A stretch of DNA of 64,000 nt, taken from the IMG/VR virus record IMGVR_UViG_3300030106_006575; one strand, written 5' to 3'. Made by a program: the position numbers and the translations under genes. The stretch comes from an uncultured virus (IMG/VR IMGVR_UViG_3300030106_006575) (taxonomy: Duplodnaviria; Heunggongvirae; Uroviricota; Caudoviricetes). Below the pieces are notes generated by a model. The model did not search any database and was not told where the DNA came from. It was given only the letters and a program-made list of their open reading frames with translations. This document shows, in pieces, positions 58,191-64,000 of the stretch (the first letter of the stretch is position 1; the number at the start of each line of letters is the position of its first letter).

Positions 58191-58236
58191 AGACTAGTCT
58201 ATACACGTTGACTTTCTTTTACTACTATGGTATATT
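58175..58236 (+). promoter_or_regulatory. Sigma70 promoter with inverted direct-repeat box
   Basis: TGTCAA-N5-TGTAAA, TTGACT-17-TATATT. Confidence 0.6.
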
Positions 58237-58258
58237 ATTAAGACAAGGGAGGAGAACA

Positions 58259-58501
58259 ATGTTAGAAGCACTTTCTAAGATTAAAGAGGAGCAAGACAGA
58301 GCCCAGGTATTGAGGGTCGAGTTGGAGCAGATAGCCAAACTCGATTCACTGGGCATAACTCGACACAATATTGTGAAGCAGCGCAAGCGCGTCCAATGGC
58401 TTGACGGAAACAAGCGGATAGAAACAGGTGAGGCCGACATCATTATGCGAGATGGAACCAGGCATATTGTTCCGGCAAGGCTTTTGAAATGGAATAAATA
58501 G
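58259..58501 (+). CDS. Hypothetical protein interrupting the array
   Basis: GGAGGAG RBS. Confidence 0.65.
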   Translation: MLEALSKIKEEQDRAQVLRVELEQIAKLDSLGITRHNIVKQRKRVQWLDGNKRIETGEADIIMRDGTRHIVPARLLKWNK

Positions 58502-58526
58502 CGGGAATACAATAAGGGAGAGAATC

Positions 58527-58757
58527 GTGCAGGTTGGTCAAACAATAGAAATCAAGGCTCTTTCCGGCGCAAGTCGGCGTACAAAGAACAGAATCAGAGA
58601 GCGTGGCTCGCAGGGGTTTGTGGTCAGTCAACCACCCCAGCCTGTAAGATTCTCCAATTCCAGAGGAGTTGACTGGGTTTTGCTTGACTCAAAAGATTCG
58701 GATTGGTCTGGTTGGCTCCCTGTCGATGAAATCGAGGTCATCAATGCAAGTCGGTGA
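58527..58757 (+). CDS. MKVGDLV-family small protein (variant)
   Basis: MQVGQTI...W.GW...IEVINASR. Confidence 0.7.
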   Translation: MQVGQTIEIKALSGASRRTKNRIRERGSQGFVVSQPPQPVRFSNSRGVDWVLLDSKDSDWSGWLPVDEIEVINASR

Positions 58758-58896
58758 TTTGGTGAGGTTTGTTGATTGCTTTGGCAACGATATAAGGTTG
58801 GGGCTTGTGCTTATTGCCGATGTTGATTATGCGAAAGTGTTGGGCATCGGATGGGTGCGACGAAACCAATTGGAGGTGCTCAATGCAAGTCGGTGA
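58744..58896 (+). CDS. MKVGDLV-family small protein
   Basis: MQVGDLVRF...LGLV...LEVLNASR. Confidence 0.75.
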   Translation: MQVGDLVRFVDCFGNDIRLGLVLIADVDYAKVLGIGWVRRNQLEVLNASR

Positions 58897-59047
58897 TTTG
58901 GTACAGAACTGGGCCGACGGTATTGGAGTTCTTATCAGGAAAGTTAGTGATTTTGACGGTGATGTTTGGTGGCTTGTCCAGTGGGCACACGGCGAGCGTG
59001 ACACGCTTAACGAGCGTTTGATGGAGGTTATCAATGCAAGTCGGTGA
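58883..59047 (+). CDS. MKVGDLV-family small protein
   Basis: MQVGDLV...IGVL...VQW...MEVINASR. Confidence 0.75.
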   Translation: MQVGDLVQNWADGIGVLIRKVSDFDGDVWWLVQWAHGERDTLNERLMEVINASR

Positions 59048-59207
59048 TTTAGTAAAGTTCAAAGGAGATATTGGAGTCACCCGACCCAGCCCTCTCTTTC
59101 TTATTCTGGATATTATAGCTCACACCACACTTGTCGTTAGTCTCCAGACGAACCATAAAATGTGGGGGGACAAAGCGGCTTATGAGGTTATCAGTGAAAG
59201 CCGGTGA
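59034..59207 (+). CDS. MKVGDLV-family small protein (not in ORF track)
   Basis: Manual translation MQVGDLVKFKG...YEVISESR. Confidence 0.7.
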   Translation: MQVGDLVKFKGDIGVTRPSPLFLILDIIAHTTLVVSLQTNHKMWGDKAAYEVISESR

Positions 59208-59382
59208 TTTAGTAAGGTTGAAGAGCCTGCCCGAAGAGTGCGGCAATGTCGGACTTATAACTAGGATATTACACACTAGTGTTAATACAGGACAGATTGT
59301 CTTTCTCGCCAATGGCACAAAACGCTCCGTTCCTTGGTTTAAACGGGATGAATTCTTGGAGGTGATTAGTGAAAGTCGGTGA
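59194..59382 (+). CDS. MKVGDLV-family small protein
   Basis: GTG start; KAGDLVRL...VGLI...LEVISESR. Confidence 0.75.
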   Translation: MKAGDLVRLKSLPEECGNVGLITRILHTSVNTGQIVFLANGTKRSVPWFKRDEFLEVISESR

Positions 59383-59569
59383 TTTAGTAAAGTTGAAAAG
59401 CAAGCTAAAGAAGAAAGTCATGCAGATGTATGAAACATCAGACCATCCCTATTCGATTTCTCTTATTGTCGCTCCCGGTCGCGACAGAGTTTTGATTGAG
59501 AGCTTGAAAACTGGCTCTAGAGCGTGGGTGCGAAAGCAATCTATTGAGGTAGTCAGTGAAAGTCGGTGA
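59369..59569 (+). CDS. MKVGDLV-family small protein
   Basis: MKVGDLVKL...IEVVSESR. Confidence 0.75.
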   Translation: MKVGDLVKLKSKLKKKVMQMYETSDHPYSISLIVAPGRDRVLIESLKTGSRAWVRKQSIEVVSESR

Positions 59570-59720
59570 TTTAGTAAGAAGCAAGCGCACTGGTAAAGTT
59601 AGCCTTGTAACTAAGATATGGTGGGAAAACAAATCTACAGTCCTCTTTACTGCTAGCGGCTTTGCGGGCAACCAAGTGCACGATGCAAAGTTTTGGGAGG
59701 TTGTAAGTGCGAAAAGGTGA
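59556..59720 (+). CDS. MKVGDLV-family small protein (not in ORF track)
   Basis: Manual translation MKVGDLVRSK...WEVVSAKR. Confidence 0.7.
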   Translation: MKVGDLVRSKRTGKVSLVTKIWWENKSTVLFTASGFAGNQVHDAKFWEVVSAKR

Positions 59721-59901
59721 TGTTGTATGCTACAAGGGTGACAGAAGTGCGCTTGCAACCATAGCAATCGTGTATCCCGGTCAAGAAAAGTCCGGTCAGG
59801 CGGCTACTAGGGCTAAAATCATCTGGCTAACTGGTCCAAGCATCGGAAAAACTCGTATCTTTGATGTGCGAGACTTGATAAAGGTGAAACAAGCTGGATA
59901 A
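59707..59901 (+). CDS. MKVGDLV-family small protein (terminal, degenerate)
   Basis: MRKGDVV...IIW...LIKV. Confidence 0.7.
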   Translation: MRKGDVVCYKGDRSALATIAIVYPGQEKSGQAATRAKIIWLTGPSIGKTRIFDVRDLIKVKQAG

Positions 59902-59907
59902 TCACTC

Positions 59908-59962
59908 TTGACATTTCTTTGACAATTTAGGTCTTTACTTTTGGCGCGTCTGGTTGTATAAT
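59908..59962 (+). promoter_or_regulatory. Sigma70 promoter with upstream direct-repeat box
   Basis: TTGACA-N5-TTGACA, TTTACT-17-TATAAT. Confidence 0.7.
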
Positions 59963-60026
59963 ATATATGTGAGGTCGAGGAATGACTTTCGACAACGCTT
60001 CTAAACCCGAGAATCGAGGTTAAAAT

Positions 60027-60746
60027 ATGGGAAATTATAAACGCACAGTCCGATGTTCATACTGTCACCAGAGTGGACACAATAAGAATGGTTGCGCCGA
60101 TTACAAGGAGAGAATCGAGGATATTCGAGCGTCAGAAGGAAGCGACCACTGGGCAGTACTGGCTTACGACGCCAAGAGAAGAAAGAAAGCTGAGACTATT
60201 GCGAACCGAAAATGCACATATTGTGGGGGGAAAGGGCACAATCGCGCCGGCTGCACGAAACTCAAAGCAGCGATGAAGGCATATAGCATCAAAAACGCCG
60301 AATATCGTGCGAATGTTCTCGCTGCAATGGCTGAACGCGGTATTGGAATTGGGGCGATGATGGGACATGAAAGCTGGGACGGGTATGTGACTCGAATGAT
60401 TACAGGCTTTGAATGGGAAAAGGTAAATATGAACTATAAAGGCCAGCCATTTATTAAATGCATCAATGTCAAGCATCTTTCGCGTTACGCTAATCCAAGG
60501 TGGCACGAGGAAACCAGACTCCCCCGGTCAGTCACTAATACTTCGTATGGCCCACAGTGGGATATATCAGTTCCAAGCTCGGAATCCGCGATTCGCGCTT
60601 CTGTACCTTCGGACTTTTTATCTGGTAAGCTTGGTTTGAAGCAGGTTTTTAAAGATAAGGATTCTGATTTATATACTATGCGCGATTACAGTGGCGACTT
60701 TGTTTGCCAATTCGACGCAGACAATTATACCACTGACTTGAAATAG
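60027..60746 (+). CDS. Protein with two CCHC zinc knuckles
   Basis: CSYCHQSGHNKNGC and CTYCGGKGHNRAGC (C-x2-C-x4-H-x4-C). Confidence 0.8.
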   Translation: MGNYKRTVRCSYCHQSGHNKNGCADYKERIEDIRASEGSDHWAVLAYDAKRRKKAETIANRKCTYCGGKGHNRAGCTKLKAAMKAYSIKNAEYRANVLAAMAERGIGIGAMMGHESWDGYVTRMITGFEWEKVNMNYKGQPFIKCINVKHLSRYANPRWHEETRLPRSVTNTSYGPQWDISVPSSESAIRASVPSDFLSGKLGLKQVFKDKDSDLYTMRDYSGDFVCQFDADNYTTDLK

Positions 60747-60754
60747 GAGTTTCA

Positions 60755-60825
60755 AAGGGGCTTTTGCCCCTTGACATTTTTTTGACATTTCAAGTCTTTA
60801 CTTTAATCACGATATTTAGTATACT
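60755..60825 (+). promoter_or_regulatory. Hairpin followed by sigma70 promoter with direct-repeat box
   Basis: AAGGGGC-TTTT-GCCCCTT; TTGACA-N5-TTGACA; TTTACT-17-TATACT. Confidence 0.65.
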
Positions 60826-60848
60826 TTAATAGTAACTAGGAGGCACCA

Positions 60849-61670
60849 ATGGCTCGACGCATCCAACCCATTTTAGACGCAATCCTCGCCGATGAGCGTT
60901 GCCAAGGTTCAACCCGTAAATTCGTGGTTAATCTTCTGGCGCACTACACGCGCAAGAAGTCGCTTTCCCCAGGTCAAAGGCGGGCTTTGGACCGGATTGA
61001 GAAGCAGTTAGCGGAGGCTCCCGAAACTATCGACTCTGCAATCGATAATGAGCTTTCTGACTTGGCTATCCGCGCCGACGATGCTGGCGACGATTGGGCT
61101 AAAGAGTTCGTTGCCAGCCTCAAAGGTCAGCTTTTGATGGGTCGCGAGCTTTCTCCGCGTCAAAAGGAGATTTTGGAGAAGGTCAAGGCTCGCCACAGCG
61201 ATAAGGTACGCACCGAGCGTAATAAGTGGGTTTCAAACTTCTCTTCTGAGATGCGGGAAAAGTTGAGGATTGCAGCAATGTATTATATCGCCAATCCTCC
61301 TTATTTTGGAGCTATATCGCGCACTATCCTTTCGGATGACGATTTTGTCCCGACAAAGCGGCAATATGAGAAGATGGTCGAAAACAAGTATACCAAGAAG
61401 GTTATCGATAGCACCTTCTCCGAACCCAAGTATAAAACTGGCAATTATGTGATGCTGCGCTCGACAGCGCCGGGATCTGTCCGATGGCCTCGCCAAAGAC
61501 CACAGGATCCCGCGATTTCCCGTGGCGACAAGCTGGCTATCGTCCTAAAGACAGATGCAAAGCCAGTTATCAGCGCTGCACGCGGTTCCAAGGTTTACTC
61601 GGTGCTTTTCTTCGGAGAGACAGAAGCGCTATTCATCGAAGAACGTCACTTGAAGAAAGGGAAGCGATAA
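60849..61670 (+). CDS. Hypothetical protein with duplicated helical repeat and SH3-like C-terminus
   Basis: FV..L......LSP.Q...L..I twice; YKTGNYV...AIV...Y.V.F...EERHLK. Confidence 0.75.
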   Translation: MARRIQPILDAILADERCQGSTRKFVVNLLAHYTRKKSLSPGQRRALDRIEKQLAEAPETIDSAIDNELSDLAIRADDAGDDWAKEFVASLKGQLLMGRELSPRQKEILEKVKARHSDKVRTERNKWVSNFSSEMREKLRIAAMYYIANPPYFGAISRTILSDDDFVPTKRQYEKMVENKYTKKVIDSTFSEPKYKTGNYVMLRSTAPGSVRWPRQRPQDPAISRGDKLAIVLKTDAKPVISAARGSKVYSVLFFGETEALFIEERHLKKGKR

Positions 61671-61697
61671 ATGCACTTGCAAGCCTACCTTTCACTC

Positions 61698-61752
61698 TTG
61701 ACATTTACTTGACAATTTAAGTCTTTACTTTTCTACTAAATGGTTGTATAAT
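61698..61752 (+). promoter_or_regulatory. Sigma70 promoter with upstream direct-repeat box
   Basis: TTGACA-N5-TTGACA, TTTACT-17-TATAAT. Confidence 0.7.
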
Positions 61753-61809
61753 ATATGTATGAGGTCGGGGGATAGACCCGACTAAACAACTTAAAACTGG
61801 AGCGTTCAC

Positions 61810-62883
61810 ATGTCAATCGATTTTGCTACCTTTCAAGCTGTTGTTTCCCACGTTATCGACGCGGGGTTTCCTGTCCTCATTCGCGGGCGTCACGGAATCG
61901 GTAAGTCCGAAGTCGTTTATCAGTTCGCGAACGAGCGTAACCTGCCCGTCGTCGAACGTCGGGCCTCGCAGATGACCGAGGGCGATTTGATGGGTTTGCC
62001 CTCGATTGACGGCGAATCGACTCGCTGGAACGCACCCGACTGGCTCAAAGAAGCCTGTGACAACGCTGTCGTCCTCTTCCTCGATGAGGTGGACCGGGCG
62101 ACAATGGAGGTTCGTCAAGGCATTTTCGAGCTTACCGACTCGCGTAAGCTGAACGGGTGGCACCTGCACCCACAAACCCGCATCTTCGCTGCCGTCAACG
62201 GTGGCGAGCATGCTGGAGCTTCTTCCTACCAAGTTGGGGAGATGGACCCTGCCGAGCTTGACCGTTGGACGGTCTTCGATGTGGAGCCTACTGTGGGCGA
62301 TTGGCTCACTTGGGCGAAAGACAAGGTTGATGGTGTCGTATGGGACTTCATCAATCAGAACCACGCTCATCTTGAGCACCTGCCCGATAGTGGTGGTTAC
62401 GAGCCGAATAAGGTCTATCCTTCGCGTCGGTCTTGGAAGCGGTACAACGATTGTGTCGATGGAGCCTCGCTTCTCGCGGAGCCGAAGCAAAACCTTGCTT
62501 CAATCTACAATCTCGCGACCAGCTTCCTTGGTTTCGAGGCTGCGGTTGCTTTCCGTGACTTCTGCGAAAAGTACGAGCGAATGGTAACTATCGAAGACAT
62601 CATCGACCACGGCAAGATCGAGTTGACTGAGGACTTCGGGATTAACGACCATCTAGCGTTGTGCGAGAAGCTGGAAGCTAACGGTATGCTGGAAAGGGCT
62701 CTTTCTACCACGCAAATCCAGAACCTCGCTAACTGGTTCGTGACTTTGCCTTCTGAGGTAGCTATGAAGTTGTTCGCAGCCATCGGCGCAAGTGCAGATA
62801 ACTCCAATGTTATCGCGCTGCACGCTGCCACTGCCGACAACGGCAAGAAGGTTCTGGACTTCATCGTCGAAATCGTGGGCTAA
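61810..62883 (+). CDS. MoxR-like AAA+ ATPase
   Basis: GRHGIGKS, GDL.GLP, LFLDEVDRA, AAVN, MDPAELDRW, PSRRSW. Confidence 0.88.
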   Translation: MSIDFATFQAVVSHVIDAGFPVLIRGRHGIGKSEVVYQFANERNLPVVERRASQMTEGDLMGLPSIDGESTRWNAPDWLKEACDNAVVLFLDEVDRATMEVRQGIFELTDSRKLNGWHLHPQTRIFAAVNGGEHAGASSYQVGEMDPAELDRWTVFDVEPTVGDWLTWAKDKVDGVVWDFINQNHAHLEHLPDSGGYEPNKVYPSRRSWKRYNDCVDGASLLAEPKQNLASIYNLATSFLGFEAAVAFRDFCEKYERMVTIEDIIDHGKIELTEDFGINDHLALCEKLEANGMLERALSTTQIQNLANWFVTLPSEVAMKLFAAIGASADNSNVIALHAATADNGKKVLDFIVEIVG

Positions 62884-62895
62884 ACGCCCGCTTTC

Positions 62896-62971
62896 GGGAC
62901 GCTAGCTCAGTTGGCAGAGCACCGGCCTTTTAAGCCGATGGTCATGGGTTCGAGTCCCATGCGTCCCACCA
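62896..62971 (+). tRNA. tRNA-Lys (TTT)
   Basis: GGGACGC/GCGTCCC acceptor stem, CTTTTAA loop, GTTCGAGTC T-arm, encoded CCA. Confidence 0.92.
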
Positions 62972-62995
62972 CCTATTAAACCAAGAGAGAAACAA

Positions 62996-63199
62996 ATGAA
63001 AGAAAGCCTAGATACTAGCTTCTCGGTGATGTTGTCGAAAAGTGACATCTTTATTATCTTAGATTGTCTGCGTGCAGGTTCGATGGAACCAGTTACAGGA
63101 CTTATTGAACACCTTGAACGGGAACTATCGCGCAGGGATACGTTTCTCAGGTTGATAGCTGAAGAAAACAGGCGACCCGATTTTCTGGTTGGAATATAA
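62996..63199 (+). CDS. Small hypothetical protein
   Basis: 67-aa ORF between the tRNA and the next promoter. Confidence 0.5.
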   Translation: MKESLDTSFSVMLSKSDIFIILDCLRAGSMEPVTGLIEHLERELSRRDTFLRLIAEENRRPDFLVGI

Positions 63200-63211
63200 A
63201 CCAGGGCTAAA

Positions 63212-63272
63212 TGTCAAGAAAATGTCAAGAAAACAAAATCCTATTGACTTTGGGGCGAAATGGTTGTATAAT
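63212..63272 (+). promoter_or_regulatory. Sigma70 promoter with inverted direct-repeat box
   Basis: TGTCAA-N5-TGTCAA; TTGACT-17-TATAAT. Confidence 0.65.
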
Positions 63273-63313
63273 ATAAGAGTAAGTCGCGATTTATACTGCA
63301 TTTCGAGGATAAA

Positions 63314-64000
63314 ATGACCGATACTAAAGAAAAAGCCACTTTCAACCTGAATATGCACACGCATCGACTTCTCACGAATGAGCCGTTCTTCGCTGCTCTC
63401 TCTCGTCGTATCGATAAGCGAGCTTCAACCTCTGTTCCCACAGCGGGTGTTCGCGTCACTGACGATGGTCGTTTCGAGATGCTCTATAATCCAGATTTCA
63501 TGCAGCGTATGATCGAGGAGTGCGAAAACGCCAAGGGGAACGAGGACAATCCTTATCGTTGGGTCCGTGGCATCCTGATGCATGAGTTCTACCACCTGAT
63601 TTACGGGCATGTAACTACACGATTGCCCGAAGAGGGCATGAGCAAGTTGTGGAACGTCGCGACTGACCTAGCTATTAACTCGCATATCGCAGACGACTTG
63701 CCTCCAATCGCTTGTATTCCAGGTCACGGACCCTTTGAGGAGTTTGAGACTGCTCTTTCGGCTGATGCTTACTATAAGCTTCTCCAGAAGAAGCAAGAGG
63801 AAAAGGAGCAGGAAGGAGAAGATGGCGAGGGTGAAGGCGAAGAATCAGAGGGTTCTAGTTCTAGTGCAGGTGCTGGCGATATGGATTCTATGGACGACCA
63901 TAGTGGTTGGGGCGAGGCTATAGGCGAAGATGCAGCTACAAACCAGCAAATCGCTGAAGAACGACTCAAGGATATGGTCAAGAAGGCAGCAGAAGAAGCC
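63314..64000 (+). CDS. DUF2201-like putative metallopeptidase (usual partner of MoxR, often fused to VWA); 3'-truncated
   Basis: Manual translation: EPFFA, PTAGV, YNPDF, MHEFYH, WNVATDLAINS, D.H..W; GAGG RBS. Confidence 0.8.
   Translation, partial: MTDTKEKATFNLNMHTHRLLTNEPFFAALSRRIDKRASTSVPTAGVRVTDDGRFEMLYNPDFMQRMIEECENAKGNEDNPYRWVRGILMHEFYHLIYGHVTTRLPEEGMSKLWNVATDLAINSHIADDLPPIACIPGHGPFEEFETALSADAYYKLLQKKQEEKEQEGEDGEGEGEESEGSSSSAGAGDMDSMDDHSGWGEAIGEDAATNQQIAEERLKDMVKKAAEEA

Larger units (their letters stand above)
57444..59901 (+). repeat. Array of small MKVGDLV genes joined by a ~30-bp junction repeat (GAGGTnRTCARTGMAAGTCGGTGATTTRGT)
   Basis: Junction start codons at 57613, 57821, 57987, 58744, 58883, 59034, 59194, 59369, 59556, 59707. 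Confidence 0.9.

Noticed and set aside
57603..59730. CRISPR array
   Set aside because: Spacers are 110-200 bp, variable in length and protein-coding; repeats are degenerate and non-palindromic; no cas genes in the window.
63189..63228. Antisense promoters from the inverted TTGACA hexamers
   Set aside because: No acceptable -10 element at 17 nt on the minus strand at this site.
1..64000. Stop-codon recoding
   Set aside because: Conserved genes are full length under the standard code, and TAA, TAG and TGA all terminate genes.
1..64000. Bacterial chromosome or contractile injection system locus
   Set aside because: The single-strand gene-dense layout with phage-type SSB, helicase, tail genes and tiny early ORFs indicates a phage, despite host-like groEL, dnaE and purA.

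Overview
A 64-kb segment of a large contractile-tailed dsDNA bacteriophage (jumbo/'huge'-phage-like). It is a metagenomic scaffold with five 10-N gaps, and essentially all credible genes are on the + strand. Order: tail module (sheath, tube, assembly chaperone, tape measure, baseplate; 1-12.7 kb); replication/recombination (short family-A polymerase, tubulin/FtsZ-like, SSB, RecA, 5'-3' exonuclease, DnaB, class II RNR, ThyX, DnaE; 12.7-30 kb); auxiliary metabolism and proteostasis (PurA, GSII, GuaB, ClpP, GroEL, Hsp20; 30-42 kb); a block of unrelated enzymes sharing an N-terminal 'MKLLLENW..YL.E' leader that resembles the T4 capsid-targeting sequence (42.5-48.5 kb); and an early/host-takeover-type region (51.5-64 kb). 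That last region holds repeated sigma70 promoters with an upstream 11-bp direct-repeat box, a T3-like SAM lyase candidate, a putative type II R-M pair, two tRNAs, a structured non-coding RNA candidate, an orphan Phd-like antitoxin, and a cassette-like array of about 12 tiny 'MKVGDLV' SH3/KOW-like genes joined by a conserved ~30-bp junction with a fixed 14-nt overlap. All family assignments come from motif recognition by eye; no database search was run.
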